This document shows positions 1-10,119 of a stretch of DNA of 24,893 bases, in pieces (position 1 is the first letter of the stretch; every line of letters begins with the position of its first letter). Position numbers and translations under genes: made by a program. Origin of the DNA: Bdellovibrionota bacterium (GTDB lineage Bacteria > Bdellovibrionota_C > UBA2361 > OMIW01); the NCBI GenBank assembly GCA_044345055.1, contig JBIJBT010000039.1, positions 1 through 24,893 of the forward strand, written 5' to 3'. The notes beneath the pieces were generated by a model that did not search any database, was not told the origin of the DNA, and was given only the letters and a program-made list of their open reading frames with translations.

Positions 1-3000
1 TTCACTAAAATAGATCTACTCGTATGTCGGAATCTTCTTATTTACCTACAGCCGAGCGCGCAAAAACGGGCGCTTTCGATATTCCATTTTTCCCTAAAGG
101 AGCAGGGGATTCTCTTTTTAGGCTCGAGTGAATCGACAGGACCGCTTAAAGATGATTTTGATTCTGTCGATCCCGCCTCAAAGATATTTCGCAAGCGTCG
201 CGATCGTTCAGCTGTGCCTTCGCTGAACCATGTCTCTGAATTTTCGCAGCTCCGATTGCGGCAATCAGATCGAATAGCAGGCAACCAACTTTCTGAGCAT
301 AGGATTTTAGCTATTCTCGATTCGGTGATAGCGGAATATATGCCCTCAGGTTTTTTAATAAACGATGTGCGGGAATTGTTGTACTGTTTCGGGAAAGGAG
401 GGGATATCCTCTCGCTTCGCAGTGGCAGAACAAGTGTCGACATTCTCGAACTTGTTCCTCAGGAGCTCCGTTCGTTGCTCGTTGGGGCGCTCCCTAACAT
501 CCGGAAAACAGGACATTCAGCTCGGTTCGAGCGAGTCAGTCTGACCTTGGCTGGCGGGATTTCGCAGGAGTTCCATATAACGGTTCGGCCCATTACGGTG
601 CGGTTTGTCAAAGCTGAATGTGTCTTGGTTTTGACCGAGGAGATAGTTGCAGCGCCGCTAAAGGAGATAGCTGTCCAACCAGAGCGGATTGTTGATGGTC
701 GTGCCCTGAGTGGTGATGATGCGGGGAGGCAACAGATCGATAGCTTGCAAGAGGAGCTTCGCTACACCCGAGATACTTTGCAGGCCACTATCGAGGAGTT
801 AGAGACGACTAATGAGGAGCTACAAGCGAGTAACGAGGAGCTTATCGCCTCTAACGAGGAGCTACAAAGCACAAATGAGGAGCTCCACTCGCTCAATGAA
901 GAGCTCTATACGGTCAATACCGAGTATCATCATAAGATAAGCGAGCTCACCGAATTAAGTAACGACATCGAGAACTTTCTCGCCGCAACTGATATAGCAA
1001 CACTTTTCCTCGATAGTACTCTAAGCATACGGCGATTTACCCCGGCAATCGGTGAGCTGCTCTGTCTTCTTCCGCAAGATGTCGGAAGACGGATTGATAC
1101 CTTCGCGATGCGTTTTCGGGGTCCAGCACTCGTGCCAACCCTCGAAAAGGTGCTTAGAGAGGGTGAAATGATCGAGCACGAGTACCAGGATTTGAGTGGT
1201 CGATCGTTCCTGGTCAGAGTGCTTCCTTATCTTGTTCGCGATGTGGTCGATGGAGTGATCGTCACGATGGTTGATGTCTCAACCCTTAAAGAAAAGGAGC
1301 GTGCCCTTCAGCTTGGCGAGGCGCGCTACCGCACCCTTGTTGAGGCGTCGGAAGCAGCGGTTTGGAGTATGGATCGCTCGGGAGCTATTCTCGAGCACCA
1401 GCCAAATCTTACCTCATACACCGGGCAGGATTGGCAAGCAGAGAAAGGGTTTGGCTGGGTATCGGCGATTATTGAGGGGGATAGGTCGCGAGTTCTTGAG
1501 CTGCTTTCACGCGACCCTACAGGTTTGCCCGGCACTTCACTTTCAACAGTTGTTCGGGTGTGGAATGCTCACCATCAGGAGCATCGGGTATGTTCACTTC
1601 AATTTGTTCCGTTTCGGGACGACCTTTCCGGAGAGCGTGGGTGGATGTGCACCTTGATGGATGCTCACGAGCTTCACCGAGCTCAGGCCTTATTGGGTGA
1701 GACGGATGTTTTGCGGAATATTCTCGACTCCTCTCCAGCAATAATTACTGTTCAGGATCTCCTCGGGCGCTACATTCTGGTAAACAAGAAGTTTCAGAAC
1801 ATTCTGAATCTTCCAATAGCTGATATCGAGGGAAAAACTGATTACGATTTATTCCCTTTTGAAATAGCTGAAACATTACGTAGTCATCACGTCGAGGTGT
1901 TACGAGCTGAGGAGATTCGGGAGTTTGAAGAATCTTTTAACGGCGCGCATGAATCAGCAGAACTGGCGCCGACCTACGTCGCTGCGCGGTACCCGGTCAG
2001 GTCTCCCGACAAAGGTTTGTATGGCGTAGCCACAATCGCAACCGATATCACTGAGCGCAAACAGGGTGAATTGCAGGCGCTCGAAGGGATCCGGTTGCGG
2101 GATGCCTTTATGGCGACTATCGCACACGAAATTAGGAATCCGTTGCACGCGATAGTAAGTGCCGTGTCGCTTGTGCAGGAGGATAAGACTCAACCTGAAT
2201 CGAAGAAACGCGCTGTATCGGTGATAGCGAGACAATCGCAACATATGAGTCGGTTAGTTGATGACCTAATGGGTATGTCCCGTTCCCAACAGGATAAGCT
2301 TCGTCTTTATAGGAAAACTATCGATCTGCGACCCACAGTCGACTCCGCACTCGATCAGGTTCGACTTGAATTTGAGCCAAGAGGACAAACCATATCGGTC
2401 GAATCTCCCGAGCAACCGCTTTGGCTATTGGGTGATGAAGATCGACTAAGGCAGCTGGTCGCAAATCTTCTAGATAACGCGAGCAAATACTCCGGTGAGC
2501 GGGCGCGAATATGGGTTCGTCTCAGTCAAGAAGATGGTAGCGCTGTTCTTGTGGTGCGTGATGAAGGTCGAGGTATTGATCCAAAGAATATTGGGAAAAT
2601 CTTCGAGAAATATTCACAAATTGATTCTGATTCACCAAGTTGCTCGCCAGGTGTTGGGCTCGGATTGTGGGTTGTTCAGGAGATAGCAAAACAGCACGGA
2701 GGTACTGTCGAAGTCCGCAGCGAGGGGCTTGGTAAGGGGAGTGAATTTCGTGTTTGTATACCTTTGGTTGCGCGAGAGAACCCGTCCGATGCTGCAAAAG
2801 CCGATCGGTGTCATGCACCGGGGGACAGAATATTATTGGTCGAAGATAATCCGGATGCCTCAGAGATGCTCCGAATGGTACTCGAATCGAAAGGATTTGG
2901 GGTAGATGTCGCATTGACCGGAGAGGCTGCAATCGAGCAGGTGCACAATGGAACCTATCCAGTCGCCGCGATCGTTGACATTGGCCTTCCTGATATGAGC

Positions 3001-3174
3001 GGCCTAGAGGTAGTCCGCCGCCTCCGAGCCGAAAATCCAAAGCGGCTGCCCGTTATGATAGCGATAAGTGGTTACGGTGAAGAAGATGACAAGCGAGCAG
3101 CTCGAGAAGCTGGATTTGATGCCTATCTAACGAAGCCGGTGCGTGTGGATGAGGTGGTGGCGTTGTTGAGTTAA
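1..3174 (+). CDS. CheR-domain (probably CheB/CheR fusion) PAS-domain hybrid sensor histidine kinase/response regulator, 5'-truncated by the window edge
   Basis: Frame 1 is open from base 1 and reads [17 protein letters not shown]...[18 protein letters not shown], the C-terminus of a CheR methyltransferase, so the gene begins upstream of the window rather than at 214. It continues with the [18 protein letters not shown] coiled coil, PAS-like domains, H-box (AHEIRNPL), N-box (NLLDNASKY), G boxes (DEGRGI, GVGLGL) and a C-terminal receiver (LLVEDN...DIGLPDMSG...KP). Confidence 0.92.
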   Translation, partial: FTKIDLLVCRNLLIYLQPSAQKRALSIFHFSLKEQGILFLGSSESTGPLKDDFDSVDPASKIFRKRRDRSAVPSLNHVSEFSQLRLRQSDRIAGNQLSEHRILAILDSVIAEYMPSGFLINDVRELLYCFGKGGDILSLRSGRTSVDILELVPQELRSLLVGALPNIRKTGHSARFERVSLTLAGGISQEFHITVRPITVRFVKAECVLVLTEEIVAAPLKEIAVQPERIVDGRALSGDDAGRQQIDSLQEELRYTRDTLQATIEELETTNEELQASNEELIASNEELQSTNEELHSLNEELYTVNTEYHHKISELTELSNDIENFLAATDIATLFLDSTLSIRRFTPAIGELLCLLPQDVGRRIDTFAMRFRGPALVPTLEKVLREGEMIEHEYQDLSGRSFLVRVLPYLVRDVVDGVIVTMVDVSTLKEKERALQLGEARYRTLVEASEAAVWSMDRSGAILEHQPNLTSYTGQDWQAEKGFGWVSAIIEGDRSRVLELLSRDPTGLPGTSLSTVVRVWNAHHQEHRVCSLQFVPFRDDLSGERGWMCTLMDAHELHRAQALLGETDVLRNILDSSPAIITVQDLLGRYILVNKKFQNILNLPIADIEGKTDYDLFPFEIAETLRSHHVEVLRAEEIREFEESFNGAHESAELAPTYVAARYPVRSPDKGLYGVATIATDITERKQGELQALEGIRLRDAFMATIAHEIRNPLHAIVSAVSLVQEDKTQPESKKRAVSVIARQSQHMSRLVDDLMGMSRSQQDKLRLYRKTIDLRPTVDSALDQVRLEFEPRGQTISVESPEQPLWLLGDEDRLRQLVANLLDNASKYSGERARIWVRLSQEDGSAVLVVRDEGRGIDPKNIGKIFEKYSQIDSDSPSCSPGVGLGLWVVQEIAKQHGGTVEVRSEGLGKGSEFRVCIPLVARENPSDAAKADRCHAPGDRILLVEDNPDASEMLRMVLESKGFGVDVALTGEAAIEQVHNGTYPVAAIVDIGLPDMSGLEVVRRLRAENPKRLPVMIAISGYGEEDDKRAAREAGFDAYLTKPVRVDEVVALLS

Positions 3175-3231
3175 GTGGAGGACAGGGGAAAGGAGAATTG
3201 GAGCGACCGGAGTTAAGAGTAGGGGTGGGGA

Positions 3232-3260
3232 TTGACGGAAGGAGGGGGATTGATTAGGGT
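3232..3260 (+). promoter_or_regulatory. Possible sigma70-type promoter for the small membrane ORF
   Basis: TTGACG (3232-3237), 17-nt spacer, TAGGGT (3255-3260), 27 nt upstream of ATG 3288. The -10 match is weak. Confidence 0.3.
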
Positions 3261-3287
3261 TTCGGGGTTGTTTCGTCGAAATCGACG

Positions 3288-3509
3288 ATGAAAAAAAGGT
3301 TTTTTTTCGGGCTAGTCTACGGGGTAGTCCTGATTGCAGGGTGCGGACTTTTAAAAGGGTCTGTGGTCTGGTTCGCATTCAATCTGTTTGCGGGCTTTTC
3401 TGCCGCCGGGTTCAGAAATTTTTTTCTCTTCCGTAAATGGGAGAATTTGGTCGGGGCAGTCGGCTCAGCTTGCCTAGCCCTTCTGGCTCTATACGAGCTC
3501 ATTTTTTAG
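3288..3509 (+). CDS. Small hypothetical membrane protein
   Basis: 73-aa ORF with basic N-terminus (MKKR) and 2-3 hydrophobic segments. It fills the intergenic gap and is followed by a strong hairpin. Confidence 0.5.
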   Translation: MKKRFFFGLVYGVVLIAGCGLLKGSVVWFAFNLFAGFSAAGFRNFFLFRKWENLVGAVGSACLALLALYELIF

Positions 3510-3529
3510 GCCATATGGCAACCTAAAAC

Positions 3530-3562
3530 CGCGGGTAGTCCAACCATGTTGGACTACCCGCG
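3530..3562. terminator. Perfect 15-bp stem hairpin between convergent genes (likely terminator)
   Basis: CGCGGGTAGTCCAAC-cat-GTTGGACTACCCGCG, followed on + by pyrimidine-rich CTCTCTTTCGTTTT and preceded by AAAAC, which gives a short T tract on the - strand. Confidence 0.65.
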
Positions 3563-3587
3563 CTCTCTTTCGTTTTCCGCCACCCAA

Positions 3588-4043
3588 TCACAAATATTCC
3601 AACACAATATCCGGCAGGTATCTTGTTTCTATCCGGGCAAAATCTTTATCAAGGGTTGAAACTACTTTGCGGCTCACCTGTTCGTGCAACACGCTTCGCA
3701 AAATGCCGAGAGTGTGGCTTTCTGCGATGAGAATTAGCTCGTCGTAGCCTTCTGCGTGTTGGTTCGAATTGAGTCGACATGCGTTTAAATAGTGCGCCAC
3801 CTTGCGGCAAAACTGTTTAAGCGATTCCTCTTTGGCTGAGCTGCCCGGATTGTAGACGTTTCCTCGATACTCCCGCGAATTCATCCGGCCGATGCCGGGT
3901 CGATCACTTGTTAGTTCCTGCTCAAGAAAATCACCTCCGGGGTGCTCCCACTCCCGAAGTAATGAAAGGTCCTTTTTTCGGGCAAGCCGTTCAAAAATAC
4001 GGGCCCCCATGCGATCCATCACCACTACCCAGGTTCGCTTCAT
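3588..4043 (-). CDS. Host attachment family protein (bacterial eRF1/pelota-like fold)
   Basis: TWVVVMDRMGARIF...EHP...LTSDRPG...F(CRK)VAHYL...YDELILIAESHTLGILR...LDKD pattern typical of the Host_attach family. ATG 4043 has GGAGG 9 nt upstream; the ORF-track start at 4052 abuts the RBS. Confidence 0.8.
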   Translation of the reverse strand: MKRTWVVVMDRMGARIFERLARKKDLSLLREWEHPGGDFLEQELTSDRPGIGRMNSREYRGNVYNPGSSAKEESLKQFCRKVAHYLNACRLNSNQHAEGYDELILIAESHTLGILRSVLHEQVSRKVVSTLDKDFARIETRYLPDIVLEYL

Positions 4044-4243
4044 ACGCAGCATCCTCCCGGTTACGAGTTTGGTACAAGTTTTAAAATCACTATATCGCTA
4101 CTTCTGCGAGTAGGACTAGGTTAAAAATCAGCGGTAAAATTGAACCAGTGTTAAAACCAGCCAGAAAAGTGAGACATGTTTTCAATGAGGCGATAATCGG
4201 GTACCATGAAGTCTTATTTTGCCTCGCCCAAACCCCAATAACT

Positions 4244-5665
4244 GTGAGAAAAACCGTGATCTCTCGCGCCGTTACCACTGATGTCACTACCTGCCTCTCC
4301 GACCTCCTAACACCGGTGAGTCTCTATGCGCGGGTGCGGGACCATTTTTCTGAAACGCTCCTTCTTGAGAGCGCCGATTATCGGGGAAGCGAAAATAGTT
4401 TTTCATATCTTTGTGTTAATCCTCTCGTGACGATTCGGGGTGAGCTTGATGAGGTGGTTATCTCGGGTGCGGGAGCCATTTTTGAGAAGAGATCGCTGAC
4501 GGAGCCCAAGGATCTTCTCGCTGAACTTCAGCAGTTTTGTCGAGATTTCCACTTTGGTTCTCAACCTGAAGGAATCGTGAACGGTTTTTTTGGATTTAGC
4601 TCATACGAAGCTGTGCAGTGCTTTGAGGATATTCGATTTCGCGAGCGTGGAGCGCGGCGATATGAAGTGCCGATTCTGCAATATTCAATCTATGAATTTG
4701 TCGTTGCGATCGATCATTTCCGCAATACGATGTATCTCCTCCATAATCGAATTGATGGGGTTCCCTCACGTGATAGGGAGGCCTTTAGCTCGTTGTTGAT
4801 GAGAGGCGATCCCGTGACTCATCCCTTCACAACAGAGGGGCCAGCAGAGGAGGTGATCTCTGATGATGAGCATCGTGCGATTATCGACTCGTGTAAACAC
4901 CACATCCGTCGTGGTGATGTATTTCAAATAGTTCCCTCGAGACGTTTTTTGCAGCGCTACTCTGGTGATGATTTTCAGGTTTATCGTGCTATCCGCTCGA
5001 TTAATCCCTCTCCCTTTTTGTTCTACTTCGATTACGGTTCTTTTCGAATTATTGGTTCATCGCCTGAGTACCAGATCCTCGTCAAAGATGGAAAAGCCTC
5101 CATTTTCCCGATTGCGGGAACTTTTCCCCGAAATATTACGGGCGAATCTGATGATCAGCTTGCGGAGCGTTTACGCGCCGATCCAAAAGAGAGTGCTGAG
5201 CATGTGATGCTCGTTGATCTCGCACGAAACGATCTCAGCCGCCACTGCACAGAGGTAGCTGTTGAGGTTTTTAAAGAGGTGCAGTTCTATTCGCACGTCG
5301 TGCATCTGGTTTCAAAGGTCTCGGGAACTTTAAAGGAGGGCCATTCAGCGTTGCAGGTGATGGCTGATACCTTTCCCGCAGGAACCCTTTCGGGAGCGCC
5401 AAAATATCGTGCGATGGAGCTGATTGACAAGTTCGAGCCCCACGAGCGGGGAGTTTATGGCGGAGCTATTGGAGTAATCGGAGCTCGTGGAGAGTGCATC
5501 CACGCGATAATGATTAGAACGATCCTAAGCAGCGAGCAGACCCTTCATTACCAGGCAGGAGGCGGCATCGTTGCAGATTCTTCCCCGGATGCAGAGGTGC
5601 TTGAAGTGCGGAGCAAAGTAGGTGCATTAACGCGGGCGATCTCAATGGCTGGGGAGGTACGGTGA
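4244..5665 (+). CDS. trpE: Anthranilate synthase component I
   Basis: DLLTPVSLY, LLLES, GDVFQIVPS, NPSPF, PIAGT, EHVMLVDLARND, FPAGTLSGAPK and QAGGGIVADS motifs; first gene of the trp cluster. Start uncertain (GTG 4244 or 4256; the ORF is open from 4148). Confidence 0.95.
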   Translation: MRKTVISRAVTTDVTTCLSDLLTPVSLYARVRDHFSETLLLESADYRGSENSFSYLCVNPLVTIRGELDEVVISGAGAIFEKRSLTEPKDLLAELQQFCRDFHFGSQPEGIVNGFFGFSSYEAVQCFEDIRFRERGARRYEVPILQYSIYEFVVAIDHFRNTMYLLHNRIDGVPSRDREAFSSLLMRGDPVTHPFTTEGPAEEVISDDEHRAIIDSCKHHIRRGDVFQIVPSRRFLQRYSGDDFQVYRAIRSINPSPFLFYFDYGSFRIIGSSPEYQILVKDGKASIFPIAGTFPRNITGESDDQLAERLRADPKESAEHVMLVDLARNDLSRHCTEVAVEVFKEVQFYSHVVHLVSKVSGTLKEGHSALQVMADTFPAGTLSGAPKYRAMELIDKFEPHERGVYGGAIGVIGARGECIHAIMIRTILSSEQTLHYQAGGGIVADSSPDAEVLEVRSKVGALTRAISMAGEVR

Positions 5666-6264
5666 TGAAGCCGGTTTTGGTGATAGATAATTACGACTCC
5701 TTCGTTTACAACCTTGTTCATCTAATTCGTGAGCTCGATGGTTGCGAACCAATCGTCGCCCGAAACGATAAGATAACGGTTTCGGAAGCGGCTGCGTTTG
5801 AGCGAATTCTCCTTTCTCCAGGGCCAGGAATACCCGAGGAAGCGGGGGTTATGCCCGCTATCGTGCGGGAGCTTGGACCAACGCATAGGATATTAGGGGT
5901 GTGTCTTGGGCACCAATGTATTGGAGAGATCTACGGTGCGACGCTAGAAAATATGGCGGACGTTTGCCACGGCAAGGGTGTAGCAACAACAGTGCTGGAT
6001 CGTGATGAGGAGCTTTTTTCGGGCATTCCCGATATCTTCCTCTCGGCGCGATACCACTCATGGGTGGTTTCTCCGAAGCTTTTTCCATCGTGCCTCGCGA
6101 TCACTGCGAGTGATGAAGCAGGGCGTGTTATGGCGCTTCGTCATCGAGAGCATGATGTTCGGGGTGTTCAGTTTCACCCGGAATCAGTGCTCACTCCCGA
6201 GGGGCGACAGATGATGGAGAATTGGCTTCGTGCTCCGTCTACTTTGAGCGAGGGTGCATCGTGA
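5665..6264 (+). CDS. trpG: Anthranilate synthase component II (glutamine amidotransferase)
   Basis: IDNYDSFVYNL, LSPGPG, GVCLGHQ (catalytic Cys), RYHSW, GVQFHPES. GGGGAGG RBS at 5651-5657; start is ATG 5665 or GTG 5662, overlapping the trpE stop. Confidence 0.95.
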   Translation: MKPVLVIDNYDSFVYNLVHLIRELDGCEPIVARNDKITVSEAAAFERILLSPGPGIPEEAGVMPAIVRELGPTHRILGVCLGHQCIGEIYGATLENMADVCHGKGVATTVLDRDEELFSGIPDIFLSARYHSWVVSPKLFPSCLAITASDEAGRVMALRHREHDVRGVQFHPESVLTPEGRQMMENWLRAPSTLSEGAS

Positions 6265-7268
6265 GGGATCGATTGCTTGAGCTAGCTCTCGCAGGCGGAG
6301 CTCTCACCCGAGAAGAAAGTGGTGAGCTAGCGGGTGCGATATTCGATGGTCGCGAACTCCCCGCACGGATCGCCGCATTACTCGGAGTCTGGTGCAGTAG
6401 ATGCCCAAGTTTTGAAGAGTTCTCCGGGGTGCTCGACGCACTTCTTCAGCGAGCCGTTCCGCTCGATCTTGGGAGTGAACCGTGCATCGATCTGTGCGGA
6501 ACGGGTGGAGATGGAAAGGATACCTTCAATATCTCAACAACGACCTCGTTTGTCGTCGCTGGTTGTGGCGTTCGGGTCGCAAAACACGGCAATTATGGAG
6601 CTTCTTCGCGAGTTGGATCGTCTAACGTTCTTGAGGCGCTTGGTATTCCGCTGTTGCGAGAGCCCTCTCTTCTTAAACGGTGCATTGATTACGCTGGTAT
6701 AACATTTATCCATGCGCCCTATTTTCATCCAACTCTCGGTGCGTTGGCGCCGATTCGTCGAGAGCTCGGTGTGAGGACTATTTTTAATCTGTTGGGACCG
6801 CTCGCCAATCCTGCTCGCCCGGTGATGCAATACGTTGGAGTATCAGATCGTCGAGTGATCAGACTATTTGCGCGAGTTTTGGCTGAGCGAGGCGCGTCAT
6901 TCTGTATTGTTCACGCTGATGATGGGTACGATGAGATAACTCTCACCGGATCCGCAACAATATTAACGAATCGTGGATGGTTCTCAGTGCGGCCCGAGCA
7001 GGAGGGGGATGAGCGGGTTGATCCTGAGGCGTTGCGCGGAAGCGGTGATGTTGGTGATCATGCAGCGGTCGTCGAGGCAATTCTGTCGGGCGAGGATCGT
7101 TCACCCCGATTGGCGGTTGTTTTGGCAAATGCTGCTAGAGCGATCTCTCTTGCCCGCCCGGAGGCTTCGGCGGAGGCGTGTCGTTATGAAGTTAAGAGAT
7201 CGATCGAATCAGGTGAAGCGCTTAAGGTGTTACACCGTATTCGGGAGTTTGCCGAGAAATTAACCTAA
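6261..7268 (+). CDS. trpD: Anthranilate phosphoribosyltransferase
   Basis: DLCGTGGDGKDTFNIST, KHGN, RRELGVRTIFNLLGPLANP, DGYDE. GTG 6261 overlaps the trpG stop (GTGA). Confidence 0.95.
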   Translation: MRDRLLELALAGGALTREESGELAGAIFDGRELPARIAALLGVWCSRCPSFEEFSGVLDALLQRAVPLDLGSEPCIDLCGTGGDGKDTFNISTTTSFVVAGCGVRVAKHGNYGASSRVGSSNVLEALGIPLLREPSLLKRCIDYAGITFIHAPYFHPTLGALAPIRRELGVRTIFNLLGPLANPARPVMQYVGVSDRRVIRLFARVLAERGASFCIVHADDGYDEITLTGSATILTNRGWFSVRPEQEGDERVDPEALRGSGDVGDHAAVVEAILSGEDRSPRLAVVLANAARAISLARPEASAEACRYEVKRSIESGEALKVLHRIREFAEKLT

Positions 7269-7346
7269 CATCTTCTCCCCATAAAACGGTTGCCCCATAA
7301 AAATAGGCTTCTTAATCAGTAATAATAACATCATCGCTGAGTCGCC

Positions 7347-8144
7347 ATGTCCTCTGTACTTGATACGATTATCGCCGATACCCGCATTCGCATTGACCGA
7401 GCTAAGGAGCGAATTCCAGTAAAAGCTCTAGAGGATAGCCCTCATTTCGCCGCACCGCCGGTCTCGTTAAAGCGATATCTTGTGCGAAGTGATCTTAGCG
7501 GTATTATCGCCGAAATTAAGCGGCGCTCTCCTTCACACGGAGTTCTTCACAATTCAGTCTCGGTAGAGCAGCTATCGGTCGGGTATATGCAGGCGGGCGC
7601 AAGTGCATTATCCGTTCTTACCGAACCGACTCACTTTGGGGGTTCGCTAGAGGACCTTACCACCGCTCGCCACCATAATTTATGCCCGATCCTTCGGAAA
7701 GATTTCATCGTCGATGAGTACCAGGTGCTTGAGGCAAAGGCTGCGGGAGCAGATGCGATTCTTCTGATAGCAGCCGCGCTCTCTGCGACAGAAATTCAGA
7801 CACTCGCAAGAGTGGCGCAGAGTCTCGGATTGGAGGTTTTAGCGGAGATTCATGAGCCTGACGAGTTAGAGAGAGTGCTTATTCCTGAGATTGGATGTAT
7901 CGGTGTAAACAACAGAGATCTGCGGGATCTCTCGATATCGGTCGATAGATCTTTTGCTATGGCATCGAACATTCCTCCTGAGTTTGTGAGGGTTGCTGAG
8001 AGTGGTTTGCGTGATCCTTCGGTAGTAAAGTCGCTCCGCGCGGCCGGTTTTCAAGGCTTTTTGATAGGAGAAGCGTTCATGCGGACACCCGATCCTGCGC
8101 GGGCGTGTCGGAACTTTATTCGTGCGCTGCGGGAAGAGGTATGA
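7347..8144 (+). CDS. trpC: Indole-3-glycerol phosphate synthase
   Basis: IIAEIKRRSPS, LSVLTE, PILRKDFIVDEYQ, GADAILLI, GVNNRDL, AESG, LIGEAFM. Confidence 0.96.
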   Translation: MSSVLDTIIADTRIRIDRAKERIPVKALEDSPHFAAPPVSLKRYLVRSDLSGIIAEIKRRSPSHGVLHNSVSVEQLSVGYMQAGASALSVLTEPTHFGGSLEDLTTARHHNLCPILRKDFIVDEYQVLEAKAAGADAILLIAAALSATEIQTLARVAQSLGLEVLAEIHEPDELERVLIPEIGCIGVNNRDLRDLSISVDRSFAMASNIPPEFVRVAESGLRDPSVVKSLRAAGFQGFLIGEAFMRTPDPARACRNFIRALREEV

Positions 8145-8809
8145 ACCAAGAGCAGAGCCACTCGAACGGTACGAAACCGTGGATAAAAGTTTGTGGTATG
8201 ATGGCGGCCGATAATGTAGCTGAGATCGCTGCGCTTGGAGTCTCCCGTATTGGATTTATTTTCCACCCTTCTTCACCCCGTTATGTTGGAGGTATGCCGA
8301 GTATACCGAAAAAAAAAAGTGGATCAGCAAAACGGATAGGTGTTTTCGTCAATGCATCGATAGAGCGTGTTCTGGAGGTTGCCGCGGCCTGGTCGCTTGA
8401 TGGAGTTCAGCTTCATGGTGAAGAATCGCCCTCATATTGCGAAAGTTTGCGAGCTGGCTTTAAGGGGGAGATAATTAAGGCGATAGCTGTGTCGGGTGAA
8501 TCTGTTGAACCGCTCGTCGCACCCTATGAGAGTTTTGTTGATTATATACTTTTTGATACGGCGTGTAGCACTCGGGGAGGAAGTGGTAAAATCTTTTCTT
8601 GGGAGCTACTTAAGAATTATCGGTTGCGGACACCCTTTATCGTTGCAGGTGGGCTCGATGGAGATGCAGTGCTGCGTTTGCAACCCTTTTTCGCGATTGA
8701 TCAATTAGCGGGCATAGATCTTAACAGTAGAGTAGAGCAGTCAATTGGAAGGAAAGATGTCACTCGCGTAGCAGCGGTGGTAAAACTGGTTGCTCAGTCG
8801 GGCTTGTAA
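8141..8809 (+). CDS. trpF: Phosphoribosylanthranilate isomerase
   Basis: [54 protein letters not shown] 8141 overlaps the trpC stop (ATGA). Confidence 0.93.
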   Translation: MNQEQSHSNGTKPWIKVCGMMAADNVAEIAALGVSRIGFIFHPSSPRYVGGMPSIPKKKSGSAKRIGVFVNASIERVLEVAAAWSLDGVQLHGEESPSYCESLRAGFKGEIIKAIAVSGESVEPLVAPYESFVDYILFDTACSTRGGSGKIFSWELLKNYRLRTPFIVAGGLDGDAVLRLQPFFAIDQLAGIDLNSRVEQSIGRKDVTRVAAVVKLVAQSGL

Positions 8810-8819
8810 GAGGACGAAG

Positions 8820-10022
8820 ATGAATTATTACGCAGATAATGAGGGATATTTCGGTGAATTTGGCGGAGCATACGTCCCAGAGATGCTTCACGGGACGATA
8901 GATACTCTCCAATCTCAGTACCGAGCTGTTACTGAAACAGAATCGTTTCAGCGCGAATACACGTCCCTTTTGAGAGATTTTGCAGGACGGCCATCGCCGC
9001 TCTATTTTGCTCCTAGACTCTCTGAGCGATATCAGTGTCAGATATATCTCAAGAGAGAGGATCTCAATCACACCGGTTCGCACAAAATTAATAACGTCGT
9101 CGGTCAGGTGCTTCTCGCACGAGCTCTCGGAAAAAAGCGTATCATCGCGGAAACGGGGGCAGGACAGCACGGCGTGGCAACAGCAACTGTATGCGCTCGA
9201 TTTGGACTGCCCTGTTTTGTTTACATGGGAGCAATTGATGTCGAAAGACAATCACCGAATGTAAGAAAAATGCGGATGCTCGGTGCAACCGTTGTGCCGG
9301 TAACAAGTGGGAGTAAAACATTAAAAGATGCCACTAATGAAGCGATTCGAGACTGGATCGCTAATCCGAACGACACTCACTACATCATCGGCTCTGTCGT
9401 TGGTCCTCATCCGTTCCCGGCGATGGTGTCGCAATTTCAATCGGTAATTAGTGAAGAGTTAAAAGATCAGTTGATGCGGGATATCGGGCGGCAATCGCCC
9501 GATTGGATCGTCGCGTGTGTCGGTGGTGGCAGCAATGCGATTGGAATATTTTATCACTATCTCAATGATCCATCGGTTGTGCTCGTTGGAGTTGAGGCGG
9601 CGGGAGAAGGGGTCGCATCGGGTAAGAGTGCAGCAACAATTGCGTTAGGGAGGCCCGGAGTGCTGCACGGGAGCAAGACAATTGTTATGCAAGATGAGGG
9701 AGGGCAGGTTCTCGAGGCTCACTCGATCTCAGCAGGTCTTGATTACCCAGGTATTGGACCGCAACACGCTCATTTAGCGATGAGTAAACGGGTGCGGTAT
9801 GAACAGGTGCAAGATGAGGAGGCTCTTGCGGCAGCGCTGCGGCTTGCGCGGTTGGAGGGAATCATTCCGGCGCTCGAATCGGCTCACGCTTTCGCGTGGC
9901 TCGAGCGACGAGTTATTCCGCGCGATGCGGTCGTGGTAATGAACTGCTCCGGAGAGGGTGAAAAGGATATGAATACTTATCTTTCTTGGGTTGAGCAGGG
10001 AAACGGTGGTGATATTAGTTAG
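8820..10022 (+). CDS. trpB: Tryptophan synthase beta chain
   Basis: [28 protein letters not shown] (PLP lysine), [34 protein letters not shown] 8820 is preceded by GAGG. Confidence 0.97.
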   Translation: MNYYADNEGYFGEFGGAYVPEMLHGTIDTLQSQYRAVTETESFQREYTSLLRDFAGRPSPLYFAPRLSERYQCQIYLKREDLNHTGSHKINNVVGQVLLARALGKKRIIAETGAGQHGVATATVCARFGLPCFVYMGAIDVERQSPNVRKMRMLGATVVPVTSGSKTLKDATNEAIRDWIANPNDTHYIIGSVVGPHPFPAMVSQFQSVISEELKDQLMRDIGRQSPDWIVACVGGGSNAIGIFYHYLNDPSVVLVGVEAAGEGVASGKSAATIALGRPGVLHGSKTIVMQDEGGQVLEAHSISAGLDYPGIGPQHAHLAMSKRVRYEQVQDEEALAAALRLARLEGIIPALESAHAFAWLERRVIPRDAVVVMNCSGEGEKDMNTYLSWVEQGNGGDIS

Positions 10023-10026
10023 TCGG

Positions 10027-10058
10027 CCCTGAAAAACCCCTCCATGGGTTTTTCAGGG
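10027..10058. other. Intra-operon hairpin (13-bp stem) between trpB and trpA
   Basis: CCCTGAAAAACCC-ctccat-GGGTTTTTCAGGG, perfect stem, no downstream U tract. Confidence 0.6.
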
Positions 10059-10119
10059 AGCACTAGGTAGTGATTCGGCATAGATCTTAGCCGCGAATAT
10101 ATCGGAGGTTTAGGTAAAA

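Noticed and set aside
214..216. ORF-track start of the kinase at 214
   Set aside because: The frame is open to base 1 and encodes CheR motifs; the true start is outside the window.
790..910. Short tandem-like AACGAGGAGCT/AATGAGGAGCT repeats
   Set aside because: They encode the NEEL heptads of the coiled coil typical of CheR/CheB-fusion kinases.
4053..4243. trp leader peptide / T-box / attenuator
   Set aside because: No Trp-codon leader, T-box consensus or terminator-antiterminator pair is recognisable.
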